IMG/VR virus record: IMGVR_UViG_3300044646_000655
Location: 1-56,698 of that record
DNA from: a virus
Taxonomy: Duplodnaviria > Caudoviricetes
Length of the DNA: 56,698 nt
Reading direction: 5' to 3' (one strand)
Positions 28,756 to 38,403 of this stretch are shown here, piece by piece. How positions within the stretch are numbered: position 1 is the stretch's first letter; each line of letters begins with the position of its first letter. A model generated the notes under the pieces. That model was not told where the DNA came from and ran no database searches. It worked only from the letters and a program-made list of their open reading frames with translations. The translations under genes were made by a program, and so were the position numbers.

Positions 28756-30685
28756 ACAAACTCAATTGGTTGGGTTTTATCAACTCAATTAGTTTCCTAC
28801 ATTCGTTTTCAAAGAATCCGTAATTCAAATTAGCCATATTAAAGGCATCCTTTTTGTTGAATGGGTATGTCTGATACCCTTCGCATAATTGGTGCTCTCT
28901 GCCGTCCTTATTTATCTTCAGAGATACACCTCCCTTAATGACAGGTATGAAGCGATATATCTTTCCGAAGTTCAATCGTTTCTCACGATCTCCATCAAGA
29001 TAAACAAACTCGGAGTGCCATCCTTTGGTTGCCTTATATCGACCACAGAAGTCTAGAATGTTTTCGTGTTTGCGTAGGGTCTCAGATACCGGAGTCCCAT
29101 TCACAAAGTATTCACGAACTGCTAGGGGAACAACCATATAAGAGTTATCCTTATGCCAATCCTTTTTGGTTTCAAACGCTCCCTTCTCTTTAATCTTACC
29201 ATTCTCACCAACTGCAATGTAATTGTTTACGTCTCGGATAATCATCTTTGCATAATCTGCATATTCCAAAGTCAATTTGGTCTCAGCCTCCCATCTCTTA
29301 CAGATTTCAAGTATCTCAGCCTCTTGCTTACGAGGTACACTTACAGTAACACCATCAGTATTTACTTGGAGCAACTCAGCACCAGCCAATACCAATCGTT
29401 CTACAAGCATAGAGATGAACAATTGTCCATTCACGGTAATGGCATAGAACACGAACGGATCGTAGAAACAAGACACATCAGAACCAGTCTTACCAAACAT
29501 TCCATTCAACGCTAACTTCAATGCATCGCTCGTCAACTTATCCCCTTCTTGCTGTGCCTTGACCCTCTCTTGGAAAATATCAGAGTATACCTTGACAAAT
29601 ACATCTTGCTTCATTTGGCGAGGGTGTAAACGATTTTGAATAAATAGATTTGGATAGTATGATTTTACATCAATGTCTAAAATTTTATATGTTTTACTAG
29701 AAGTATATACTCCAGGGGGTACACATCCGTGTATACCACCAACACCATAATCTAATCTCATCCCTCCAAAGTTCGCAGAGAAACTAAAACTCTTCTTTTG
29801 TTGGGCGATTCTCTGAACCCTAATGTTGTTGTCCCGGAACTTATCCAACAATTCGTTAGTGCTTATTCCTGTGTTAAGTCCTTCGACAAACTTTTTCAGA
29901 AACGTAGAAGACGATGTTGTATCCTTCATTAAAGTCAACAACTTATTGAATTGAGGTGTCTCAAACTTTACGTTGGAAAGAATAATCTGCTTCAAAGGTA
30001 CATCTGCTCGTTTACCTCTGATTTCTGTTAATTGTCTTACTGGTATTCGCATTGCTTCAGATAAATATTTTAAAAAGATAGACTCACCGATAACCACATC
30101 ACTCTTGTTTAACACTTTAAGGTTGTATTTCTTGCCAATTCTCTTGCGTAATTCAACTTTATCGTTGCATAACTCATAAAAGTATGCAGTAAATTCCACA
30201 TCATTTTTGTTGTAGGCAATCACATTTTCTAGACTAATCTTATCAATCTTTGAGGTGTGATCCAAAGGCATATCCATTACGTTATCCCATCCGCAAGAAA
30301 CCTCCAAGGCCTTCAAAGAAGTACTGCGAGATTTGTTATCGTAGTGATTCAGTAAATACAAATCCAACTGAGGTATCTCTTGTGGTAGATAGGATCGCTT
30401 CTCTTGAGAAATAATCTGTTGAGCCAACGCATAAATCTGTTGGGCAGTATGAACCTCATCTTCCATAATTGCACGGACAATGGGCCAGTCAAAGAATACG
30501 TTATTAAAGCCAACCATACCAGCTTTCTTGTCTTTCAAATCTCTCAGATAAATTTGGAAAGCATCCAAATCTGAGCCCAAACTATCATCACCAATTACAA
30601 AGATATCCATCTCCTTGGTGTCAACATTCATACCTATGTAGGTAAAACAATTACTAAATGTTTCAATATCGTATACTATTATCAT
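28745..30685 (-). CDS. Family B DNA polymerase with 3'-5' exonuclease
   Basis: YDIET, GFNNVFFD, DVKSYYPN, KLALNGMFGK, VNTDG. Confidence 0.9.
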   Translation of the reverse strand: MIIVYDIETFSNCFTYIGMNVDTKEMDIFVIGDDSLGSDLDAFQIYLRDLKDKKAGMVGFNNVFFDWPIVRAIMEDEVHTAQQIYALAQQIISQEKRSYLPQEIPQLDLYLLNHYDNKSRSTSLKALEVSCGWDNVMDMPLDHTSKIDKISLENVIAYNKNDVEFTAYFYELCNDKVELRKRIGKKYNLKVLNKSDVVIGESIFLKYLSEAMRIPVRQLTEIRGKRADVPLKQIILSNVKFETPQFNKLLTLMKDTTSSSTFLKKFVEGLNTGISTNELLDKFRDNNIRVQRIAQQKKSFSFSANFGGMRLDYGVGGIHGCVPPGVYTSSKTYKILDIDVKSYYPNLFIQNRLHPRQMKQDVFVKVYSDIFQERVKAQQEGDKLTSDALKLALNGMFGKTGSDVSCFYDPFVFYAITVNGQLFISMLVERLVLAGAELLQVNTDGVTVSVPRKQEAEILEICKRWEAETKLTLEYADYAKMIIRDVNNYIAVGENGKIKEKGAFETKKDWHKDNSYMVVPLAVREYFVNGTPVSETLRKHENILDFCGRYKATKGWHSEFVYLDGDREKRLNFGKIYRFIPVIKGGVSLKINKDGREHQLCEGYQTYPFNKKDAFNMANLNYGFFENECRKLIELIKPNQLSLFTY

Positions 30686-30926
30686 TTCTTAGTTTATAAA
30701 TATAGTTTGTTGTATAAATTATTCCTTGTGCTGTCTTCAGTTCTATGTAAAAATACTTTTCTATTTTTAACCAACCTTCGCATACTAAATCTATTTGCTT
30801 GTCATTGTAAATCAATACCTTCTTGACCATCTTTTCATAGAAGTGTGGACTGAGGTTGAATTCCTGCACCTCTTCCCCACGCTTCTTGTGAAGAGAACAA
30901 ATCATTCTCATCTGATTGTATATCAT
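30663..30926 (-). CDS. Hypothetical protein
   Basis: Fills the gap between helicase and polymerase, overlapping both. Confidence 0.4.
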   Translation of the reverse strand: MIYNQMRMICSLHKKRGEEVQEFNLSPHFYEKMVKKVLIYNDKQIDLVCEGWLKIEKYFYIELKTAQGIIYTTNYIYKLRNDNSIRY

Positions 30927-32574
30927 GTTTTAAATTTATTAATGAATTAAATTTACCGTCCTCTGAATATTGACCACTACCTCGGTCAAATTCGTAATCT
31001 ACTCGCCCAAGTTTTCCTCGGAAGTGCCACTTGATTTTTTGGATGTGAACCTCGACCGGATCTTTCTGACCATTTTGGAATGAACGATGGACTGCCAAAC
31101 CCCAATCAGGCACATTAAAAAAATGATGAGATCCACTAATATCGTAAAGCCTAGGAACATTATACCCAGCGGATGTTCTATCCATTTTTCTAGGATGGGC
31201 AACCAAAACGACCAATACATTATTCTTTACTGCAAATTTCTTCAAAGTTCGTAATAAAATACCAATCTTTTCATTCGAACTATCCTCAGTTGAGTCATTT
31301 TCGATGTAGTTAAAAGGGTCTAGCAGTAGACAATCAATACCGTGGCGTTTGATTAGGGTCTCACCCAATCTCAATAGGTTACCCAAGGTATAGTCCTCCA
31401 AGGTTTCTACGTTATAAAACCAAAAATGATTACTGATTATTTGTACTGAATGCTCAATCTCAACGGAGTTCATCGCACTTAATGGCTTACCCAATAACTG
31501 CTCAGACATACGAGTAATCTTCAATGGTGCTATGTTCTCTGGAGAGAATACACCGAACTTCCAATTCTTCAGATAGGCAAGGCGTATAAACATATAGTCT
31601 AACCACGTTGACTTACCCGAACCAGGAATACCTGTGACTACACCTAACTCCCCACGATTCCAAGAGATATGCTCATCGGTCTCAGACATTCCTACAAGCG
31701 ATCCTACCGGATAGCCATCCTTGTGATACGATTGTATAGTAGAGAGATAATCTAATGCAGAAGAGATTTCTGATATAGGTAGAGGCTTGGCATTTTCAAA
31801 TAGGCGAGTGATAAAGTCTTGGCCGTATCTCTTAAGACAATCGTTAGCATCCTTCTCATTCTCAGGGAACTCGATGATACGAATATCGGCAGATGTAAAC
31901 CTACGAGCTAAGTCTTCCTTTAGTTTTCTTCCAGGCTCATCGTTATCTGTAGCAAGGTAGATTACCTTCTCGTCAAATAATTCATAAGTAGAATCCAACC
32001 AATCAAGGTTATTGTTGTTTTTACTAGCACCATTCGGAACAGAAACTGCTCTGAGACCCGATTGATGCCAGACCATAGTTTCTTCTTCGCCTTCGCATAT
32101 AATAACATAATGACTATCCTTGATTGCATCGATATTATATGGAATCTTTCTTGCGTCCTTGACCATCTTGAACTTCTTGTCAGCGGTCTTGAATTTGATA
32201 TTGATGAGTTCTCCATCTAAAAAATAATTGAAACAAATTACACGATGTTCCTTCTGATCCTGAGGCATCCATTCCTTGGACTCTGCAATACCAAAGTATT
32301 CAACAGTTTCCTTGGAGATTTTTCTTTTCTCAAAGTATTCATAGATGCCATCGGTTTGAATTGGTTGCTTAGGTTCGGGCCTCACATACTGATTAACCGA
32401 ACCACTCCAACCACAATGGTGACACTTCCAAACTCCGGTATCTATATTAACACCAAGAGATGGGTCACTCTTTTTCTTACGTTGATGCGAACACTTAGGA
32501 CATAGTGTTTTAACTTCCCCACTCCATCTGTCCCGGAGATCAATTCCTAATTTAACTAGCTTGTCTGCGTTCAT
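30835..32574 (-). CDS. Twinkle/T7 gp4-like primase-helicase
   Basis: CPKC..CHHC zinc finger, EGE/DND TOPRIM, GIPGSGKS Walker A, AHPRK, YDISGS. Confidence 0.9.
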   Translation of the reverse strand: MNADKLVKLGIDLRDRWSGEVKTLCPKCSHQRKKKSDPSLGVNIDTGVWKCHHCGWSGSVNQYVRPEPKQPIQTDGIYEYFEKRKISKETVEYFGIAESKEWMPQDQKEHRVICFNYFLDGELINIKFKTADKKFKMVKDARKIPYNIDAIKDSHYVIICEGEEETMVWHQSGLRAVSVPNGASKNNNNLDWLDSTYELFDEKVIYLATDNDEPGRKLKEDLARRFTSADIRIIEFPENEKDANDCLKRYGQDFITRLFENAKPLPISEISSALDYLSTIQSYHKDGYPVGSLVGMSETDEHISWNRGELGVVTGIPGSGKSTWLDYMFIRLAYLKNWKFGVFSPENIAPLKITRMSEQLLGKPLSAMNSVEIEHSVQIISNHFWFYNVETLEDYTLGNLLRLGETLIKRHGIDCLLLDPFNYIENDSTEDSSNEKIGILLRTLKKFAVKNNVLVVLVAHPRKMDRTSAGYNVPRLYDISGSHHFFNVPDWGLAVHRSFQNGQKDPVEVHIQKIKWHFRGKLGRVDYEFDRGSGQYSEDGKFNSLINLKHDIQSDENDLFSSQEAWGRGAGIQPQSTLL

Positions 32575-32974
32575 ACTTATCCTCTATCCATTTAACTGCC
32601 TCGTTAAAACTTTGTTCAGTAGTGATAATATTACCCTCTGCTGAATATATTCTGAACTCATCTTTGTTATTTACCATTGCCTTAACAATTCGCTCAGGGT
32701 AGGTGATAATAATTTTGTTTCCACTTTCTTCGTCAACAGTTATGTAATTAACAATCTTACCTATCCAACTTTGGTGAATGTAACCCATCGTCATACCTTG
32801 TGAGATATACGGCCCTCCGCTTGGGTCAACAAAAGAATATCGTTTGGCTTGTATATCTTCTTCTGAGTCCCATCCGTAGCGACAATATTTACCGCCTTGC
32901 ATAAGAAACTTATTTTCTTCAAGTTGGGTAAATGTAATTGCATCGTTGTAACGATTATTAATTGTTATCTGCAT
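32552..32974 (-). CDS. Hypothetical protein
   Basis: FVDPSGGPYI motif; operon position. Confidence 0.55.
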   Translation of the reverse strand: MQITINNRYNDAITFTQLEENKFLMQGGKYCRYGWDSEEDIQAKRYSFVDPSGGPYISQGMTMGYIHQSWIGKIVNYITVDEESGNKIIITYPERIVKAMVNNKDEFRIYSAEGNIITTEQSFNEAVKWIEDKYERRQAS

Positions 32975-33230
32975 CCCACTCGCCAGTTTTGATTGCCAAC
33001 AATACAGTTACAAATGAATCTATCGTATAGAACTTAACTTGATAATCGAATATAGTACCATACCATTCGTCTCCGTTATCAGAGTCATCATTAGATAACA
33101 TAAATTGTATATCACCAATTTGAAAAACAAAGTAGTGGTACACATGGTCGCATCCAGATGCCTCAGTTGTTACGGTTTTTCTTGCGAATCCGAATTCCTT
33201 CGTGATTCTCAACGCTTCTTTTAGTGTCAT
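32958..33230 (-). CDS. Hypothetical protein
   Basis: ORF in operon. Confidence 0.5.
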   Translation of the reverse strand: MTLKEALRITKEFGFARKTVTTEASGCDHVYHYFVFQIGDIQFMLSNDDSDNGDEWYGTIFDYQVKFYTIDSFVTVLLAIKTGEWDADNN

Positions 33231-33384
33231 AGTTATTTAGTTGTTTTAAAATGTTCTCTTGGAATTCATTAAAGTCTACCATAGTGTCTGGATAACAAAC
33301 ACTCTGTGCTTTAGGGTTATGCTCACAAATACTTTCTTTGATTACTCTTAATTCTATAATTGCCATATGTTTCTTTTTACACAT
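33163..33384 (-). CDS. Hypothetical protein
   Basis: TAATG-coupled to upstream gene. Confidence 0.4.
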   Translation of the reverse strand: MCKKKHMAIIELRVIKESICEHNPKAQSVCYPDTMVDFNEFQENILKQLNNYDTKRSVENHEGIRIRKKNRNN

Positions 33385-33881
33385 TAACGCATTGATTTAA
33401 TCTTGCTAATATACTCAGAATCTGATGCATATACGCCATTGATTCGGGTCAAATAATGATCTTGAATATGTATATAGCACTTAATATTATCCTCATACTT
33501 ATCATACTTAGCATACACTCCGTGCTTACCTATTACATATTTACATTTATGATGCACAATGCCAAACATATTCTTGGCATTCTTTCCCACACTACTCTTA
33601 CCAAGATTCGATTCCAATCTTGCTTGAGCCAACGCTACGTTGGGTAAAACGCAACCATTCTCGTGCAGACATTTAACAATACCTTCTTCCGTTAGTTCGA
33701 CATCTTGTACAGATTGTTGTACTTCAGGATGTACAATCTGATATATAATCTTTACCGATTCTTTTCTGAGAAAATATAATACCGACCCACCAATCAATAA
33801 GGTGACTAGTAAATAAGATAACCATTTGTAGTTGTTCCGAACTGGAACAAGTTGAAGTTGTTCGTTTAATTTGTAAGTCAT
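33384..33881 (-). CDS. Membrane-anchored glucosaminidase (GH73-like)
   Basis: N-terminal TM; AQARLES..KNMFGI..YAKY..YASD..Y..KI. Confidence 0.7.
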   Translation of the reverse strand: MTYKLNEQLQLVPVRNNYKWLSYLLVTLLIGGSVLYFLRKESVKIIYQIVHPEVQQSVQDVELTEEGIVKCLHENGCVLPNVALAQARLESNLGKSSVGKNAKNMFGIVHHKCKYVIGKHGVYAKYDKYEDNIKCYIHIQDHYLTRINGVYASDSEYISKIKSMR

Positions 33882-33984
33882 ATCTTTGATAATTTATTTA
33901 AAACGATATAGAACAAGTATACCGAATACGTTAAAAAGCAAATATATGCGATATATATAATATTTTGTAAAGTTTTTTTCAGAA

Positions 33985-34296
33985 TCATACTAAAAGATTG
34001 TCTTTGTCAAAGTTCCATGTTTTAATTGCTGCCTTCCAGGACTTCATCTTATTCTTTCCAATCATCCAATTCTTGGCCTCATAAAAGTTCCAGAACTTGT
34101 CTGCTTGTTGCTGATAATTACGAACCCTCTGACTCTTCAACTCTTCAGTTACTTCTTGTAATGATGGAGGTGTAAATCGTTTACTCTGAGTCCCTTTAAT
34201 TTTCTCAAGAGTTTCCACGACTGCCTCATTGGTTTTCCATCTTGGTTCTATCTGATCCAAAATGTACTCGAACAATTCAACTATTTCTTTGCTCAT
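33985..34296 (-). CDS. Phage replication-organiser-like C-terminal domain protein
   Basis: FTPPSL.EV..F.NFYE..NW..GKNKMK.WKAA..TW. Confidence 0.65.
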   Translation of the reverse strand: MSKEIVELFEYILDQIEPRWKTNEAVVETLEKIKGTQSKRFTPPSLQEVTEELKSQRVRNYQQQADKFWNFYEAKNWMIGKNKMKSWKAAIKTWNFDKDNLLV

Positions 34297-34609
34297 ATTT
34301 TTCGAATGCTTTGGTTATAATTAAATTTTGATACGGATAATTTTCTTTTTGTTTTTTCCATACATCAACTATGCGATGTGTTCTTATTACTGATGTATGA
34401 TACTTCAATCGACAGATGTCTGCGATTTCTTGTCTTGTTTTTTCTGTCAGTTCACACAGCATATAGATGTATATCTGTCGAACAATAACTTCTTCTTTTT
34501 TCTTAGTTCTTTTTTGTTCCCAATACTCTCTTGGGATACCAACAACATCTTCAAGACATTCAAGTATGGTCTCTCTGATTTCTCTATCTATTTTACTTTC
34601 TTGCCTCAT
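34277..34609 (-). CDS. DnaA C-terminal-like HTH protein
   Basis: RQIYIY.L.ELT....EIA....HTSVI. Confidence 0.65.
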   Translation of the reverse strand: MRQESKIDREIRETILECLEDVVGIPREYWEQKRTKKKEEVIVRQIYIYMLCELTEKTRQEIADICRLKYHTSVIRTHRIVDVWKKQKENYPYQNLIITKAFEKYEQRNS

Positions 34610-35276
34610 AAATTGGATTGTTTAAAACTTTTTGAATTGTACTAGCATAGAACTTACCGCCCTTGTTACCATTGATACCACTTGCATTTAATGTCTCAGC
34701 AATTGTTCGCATTGACATACCTTGCTGACGATAAGAGAATATCTGATCAACAATTTGGAAAGCCTTTGGGTCTCGGATTAATTTACCATCCTCAACTACA
34801 AAACCAAGGGGAGCATAAGGACAATACACTTGCTTATTCTTTTTGAGATTCGCCTTAACCGAACGAGTATGCTCTCCTGTTACATCTGACTGATACTCGG
34901 CAAACACAGCCATAAGATTTCGCATAGCCTTACCGGATGAACCGCTCATCTCCGGTTCCTCTAATGAATAGAACTTAACCTTCTTCTTCTCAAGGTCAGC
35001 CATATGATTTATAAAGTCACGGAGATTACGAGCAAAACGAGTAGAGTGCCATACAATTAACACACCGATACCGCCTTGGTTTATTCTATTAAGCATTGCC
35101 TGGAAGCCAGGACGATTCGTATTTTTTCCACTAAAACCTGCATCTTGGAAAATATTTTCCAACATAAGCCCTTTGGCTTTTGCAAACTCTTGGATACGAG
35201 CAATCTGATTATCAAGGGATGTACCCTTATCAGCTTGCATATCGGTTGATACACGGATATAACCTATTGCTTTCAT
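34593..35276 (-). CDS. Serine recombinase (catalytic + recombinase domain)
   Basis: YIRVST..Q, DAGFSG..RPG, RFARN, LGF..MR.IA..LN..G. Confidence 0.9.
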   Translation of the reverse strand: MKAIGYIRVSTDMQADKGTSLDNQIARIQEFAKAKGLMLENIFQDAGFSGKNTNRPGFQAMLNRINQGGIGVLIVWHSTRFARNLRDFINHMADLEKKKVKFYSLEEPEMSGSSGKAMRNLMAVFAEYQSDVTGEHTRSVKANLKKNKQVYCPYAPLGFVVEDGKLIRDPKAFQIVDQIFSYRQQGMSMRTIAETLNASGINGNKGGKFYASTIQKVLNNPIYEARK

Positions 35277-35551
35277 TCTAATAAACGACTTAATTTTTTT
35301 CTTATGTAATCTTTTTTGCTTATGCTTCTCTTAACACATATATCATTGAGATACTGATAGATTTCATCTCGCAAGAATATGTTGATCTCTTCTCTTGGAA
35401 CATATTCTTTAGCCTTCTGATTCATCAAAGCATTTTTAATACTGCTTTCTATTCTTAATGAGATGATGTCCTCTACTCTTTTCTGAGACCCAAATCTATC
35501 TATCAGAGCATCGTACATTTTCTTGGTGACTTCTATCTTAATGTATTTCAT
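35273..35551 (-). CDS. Hypothetical protein (possible ribbon-helix-helix pair)
   Basis: Coupled ORF; two beta-alpha-alpha-like units. Confidence 0.45.
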   Translation of the reverse strand: MKYIKIEVTKKMYDALIDRFGSQKRVEDIISLRIESSIKNALMNQKAKEYVPREEINIFLRDEIYQYLNDICVKRSISKKDYIRKKLSRLLE

Positions 35552-35915
35552 CTTCTAAATCTTCTTGCTCATCATATACTTCTACAGATATTTCTTCCAA
35601 TTCAGGATAGTATTCATCCGTAATAAAAACCAATCTCAGTTCATAAAAAGATTCAGTTGCTAAAACCTCGTAGGCAAAAATGTGCTTAAAACTCTCATCA
35701 GTCATAATGTCATTGTAAAGGGTTTCAGCCTTCTGATTAATATGTTCTATGTAATCACCCAATGACATAGAATCTACCGGAATCTCATCGTAGTAATCCA
35801 GGATAAATGAATACCTACCCTTGAGTTCTTGTTGAGTGAATGGATTGTAGTCTACGAACCCTATGGTCAGTATCGCATCGACTATAGGGCTATTGAAGTT
35901 ATTATCTCTTTGCAT
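35538..35915 (-). CDS. Hypothetical acidic protein
   Basis: ATG at 35915 preferred over 36002. Confidence 0.5.
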   Translation of the reverse strand: MQRDNNFNSPIVDAILTIGFVDYNPFTQQELKGRYSFILDYYDEIPVDSMSLGDYIEHINQKAETLYNDIMTDESFKHIFAYEVLATESFYELRLVFITDEYYPELEEISVEVYDEQEDLEDEIH

Positions 35916-36508
35916 AATTGATAGGGGATTTGTGATCTTAAATACGAACCTTTGAGTCCTTGAGTTCCGGTACGACTGCCACGAGGTGCAGAGATATGGC
36001 AAGTATCACCATTCTTACAAGCAGGGCGTGGTGTCCAATCATAGTTATTGGTCCAGATGTCTGTAGGTTTCATACGAGAATCTCCGTACTGACAATAGGT
36101 AACTGTGTGGCGAGTGTGCAATATGTTATTCCATAAATCTAGTTTACGCATCATACCACGAGGGTTTTCGATGTGCCATATTAGATTGGGATTCAACTGC
36201 TTGAAGTGTTCAACAATGTCAATTGTTTTCTTGAGGATTTGCAAACCCATAATGGCTGCTATAGTTTTGGGTCTCCGATTCATATCCCAATGCTTACCTA
36301 TAGAGGCAACAGAGAATGTAGTACATGGAGGAGATGCCCATATCACATCCGGGACAAAGGGAACTTTATCAGCATCAAACTTAAGGATATCTACAGCATA
36401 GTCAATGCCGTCAAATTCTTGCCAATCTGAGGAGAACACCTCGTGTCCTAACTCATCGCATACCTTACCGATTGAACGGCTACCTGCGAATAATTCTAAT
36501 ACCTTCAT
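35882..36508 (-). CDS. DNA (cytosine-5) methyltransferase, short type
   Basis: LELFAG, WASPPC, IENP, KPTDIW, RSQIP. Confidence 0.85.
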   Translation of the reverse strand: MKVLELFAGSRSIGKVCDELGHEVFSSDWQEFDGIDYAVDILKFDADKVPFVPDVIWASPPCTTFSVASIGKHWDMNRRPKTIAAIMGLQILKKTIDIVEHFKQLNPNLIWHIENPRGMMRKLDLWNNILHTRHTVTYCQYGDSRMKPTDIWTNNYDWTPRPACKNGDTCHISAPRGSRTGTQGLKGSYLRSQIPYQLCKEIITSIAL

Positions 36509-36750
36509 TTGTTGCCTCCTTCTATTTCGTTGTACACTCGTTCATATGCAGCATCTAACGATAAACCCATAAGGGCTACATTTAAACCTTGGTTAAACCA
36601 TTCTTCTTTAACCCAGTTATCGTGATGATAATAATCTGTCCATCCGTTTTGCCTCAAGAAATATGCTTTTGGGTTGGTAGTTTTACCAATACCAAATTTT
36701 TCCTGTAATTCTTCAATTGTGGGTGTTTGTTTTTGTTGTTTGTTGCTCAT
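36505..36750 (-). CDS. Hypothetical early protein
   Basis: Ends GGNK; coupled. Confidence 0.55.
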   Translation of the reverse strand: MSNKQQKQTPTIEELQEKFGIGKTTNPKAYFLRQNGWTDYYHHDNWVKEEWFNQGLNVALMGLSLDAAYERVYNEIEGGNK

Positions 36751-36761
36751 TTGTTACCTCC

Positions 36762-37043
36762 TTAATTTTTATATATTGCTAATACGCCTGGGTTAACCCA
36801 TTGAGGATTCCATCCAGCAGAATCTAATAAGTCTACCAATTCATTATGTACACCGAACTCCCAATGTTCATAGTTCTGAGTCCAATAGTTTAGGAGATCG
36901 TATCCATTGGATGCAGTAATGCCATCCTCTGCACCGATAACGAATGAGTCTTCTGATTCCTCTATCCATCCGTTACCATCTTCCATGATGGACATCTTAG
37001 GATACTTCTTCTGTAGTGTTCTTATTAATTGATTCTTGTTCAT
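36762..37043 (-). CDS. Hypothetical early protein
   Basis: FGVH..L...GW.P.W.NPG. Confidence 0.55.
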   Translation of the reverse strand: MNKNQLIRTLQKKYPKMSIMEDGNGWIEESEDSFVIGAEDGITASNGYDLLNYWTQNYEHWEFGVHNELVDLLDSAGWNPQWVNPGVLAIYKN

Positions 37044-37045
37044 AA

Positions 37046-37315
37046 TTAAAATGGTAATTGTGATATGTTAAAATGGGTCAAAGATTCTAAATAGTCTTCT
37101 AACTTCTGATTGATAAACTCACAAATCTCATCCTCGTGTACATCAAAGAAGTCTTCAAGTAGCATTACCTTATCGGTCTTATCCATCAAAGGTATCTCGT
37201 TAGCATTACCAACAGCTCGTAGTCTTGCGTCAATATCATCTGCTGTCCATTGGAGAGCAGTAGGGAATACATATCCCTTTTCTTTTAACTTAGCGATTAA
37301 TGTTTCTGTTTTCAT
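37046..37315 (-). CDS. Hypothetical early protein
   Basis: Acidic; coupled. Confidence 0.55.
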   Translation of the reverse strand: MKTETLIAKLKEKGYVFPTALQWTADDIDARLRAVGNANEIPLMDKTDKVMLLEDFFDVHEDEICEFINQKLEDYLESLTHFNISQLPF

Positions 37316-37608
37316 TGTTTTAAATATAATGTTTGTACTCTTGTTCTACCGGAGTCAAAGGTTTCCAATTCAATCTCAAAGATGTGGTTATCAATAGATG
37401 TAACTTTGTAAAAACCAGATGCCATACGCTCAAGAGCATTCTTAATCTTGCGTATGTTTTTGTCGGGATAGTAATAATTACCACCACAACCACAACGGCA
37501 ACAATCTCCTCTACCCTCGTATAATTGTTCCACCATATCAATATCAATTTTCTTGGTGTTGTCCTTTATAAAAAGTTCAAGTGGTGTATGCTCAATGTTA
37601 TAAATCAT
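37312..37608 (-). CDS. Hypothetical protein with CCRCGCGG motif
   Basis: Cys cluster; ATGA coupling. Confidence 0.55.
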   Translation of the reverse strand: MIYNIEHTPLELFIKDNTKKIDIDMVEQLYEGRGDCCRCGCGGNYYYPDKNIRKIKNALERMASGFYKVTSIDNHIFEIELETFDSGRTRVQTLYLKQ

Positions 37609-37889
37609 AACGTACCTCCGTATATTTTCTTTTGAAGAATAACTCGTTCGTATACATCGTATCTGCTGACAACCATTTCGGGATCAGATTCTAACTTTGC
37701 CTTTTCTAATTCTTTTTCTACTCTATCTTGCCACTGGTCCATCGTATCATAAAGATAGTCAGACGTTTCTTCCAATTCATAATCGGGTGGTAGGTTTAGT
37801 TCGATTGTTGCAGTTTTAGTGAATGTTCTTGTTACTTGTACTTTAATGATTTTTTCCATGATTACTTTTCGTTTAAGATTGTTTTCCAT
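37605..37889 (-). CDS. Hypothetical early protein
   Basis: Coupled ORF. Confidence 0.5.
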   Translation of the reverse strand: MENNLKRKVIMEKIIKVQVTRTFTKTATIELNLPPDYELEETSDYLYDTMDQWQDRVEKELEKAKLESDPEMVVSRYDVYERVILQKKIYGGTL

Positions 37890-38113
37890 TTGTTGTTAGT
37901 GGTGATGTAAGACATCATCTTGTCTGCCCAATAGGGAGTTGATACTTCTTCCAAGTAGGATTCTAATTCATCCAAGCCATATACGAATCTCCAGGCTACA
38001 ACTTGTTTTGTATAATAGTCAATACACTTAACTTGGTATACTCCACGAGGGCGTGAGTTAACTTGAATCACACCCCCGATGGCTTGTTCTCCTATCTTGA
38101 AAGATTTCATCAT
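37862..38113 (-). CDS. Hypothetical early protein
   Basis: ATGA-coupled start (MMKSFKIGE). Confidence 0.5.
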   Translation of the reverse strand: MMKSFKIGEQAIGGVIQVNSRPRGVYQVKCIDYYTKQVVAWRFVYGLDELESYLEEVSTPYWADKMMSYITTNNKWKTILNEK

Positions 38114-38367
38114 TTGCTTATACCCTTTCCGTTTAAAGTTACAATGGTCTGAGTATTCAATAGGCGATACTCTTTCTTTCTCAAATCCCATATGGTAAGG
38201 TAACCACGCTCGGCTGGTTTATACACTTGAGGTTTAGCATTGGGCTTAAGATGTTTCTTCACACCATATTGTCCGGTGATTTGACGAGTCGATCCGTCTT
38301 TCTTGATGAATTCAGCAGAGAAAAATCTCTTGCTCTTGATGATTTCGATTGCTTGTTTAGTGTTCAT
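38110..38367 (-). CDS. SH3 beta-barrel (WYL_2/DUF2693-like) protein
   Basis: FFSAEFIKKDGSTR..WD....YR; TATATTTG element upstream (38386-38393). Confidence 0.6.
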   Translation of the reverse strand: MNTKQAIEIIKSKRFFSAEFIKKDGSTRQITGQYGVKKHLKPNAKPQVYKPAERGYLTIWDLRKKEYRLLNTQTIVTLNGKGISK

Positions 38368-38403
38368 AATTGTGTTTTGTTTGTGCAAATATAATATTAT
38401 TTT

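Noticed and set aside
23015-32574. Inteins or introns in nrdJ, terL, polB or primase
   Set aside because: Lengths are normal and no splicing motifs or interruptions were seen.
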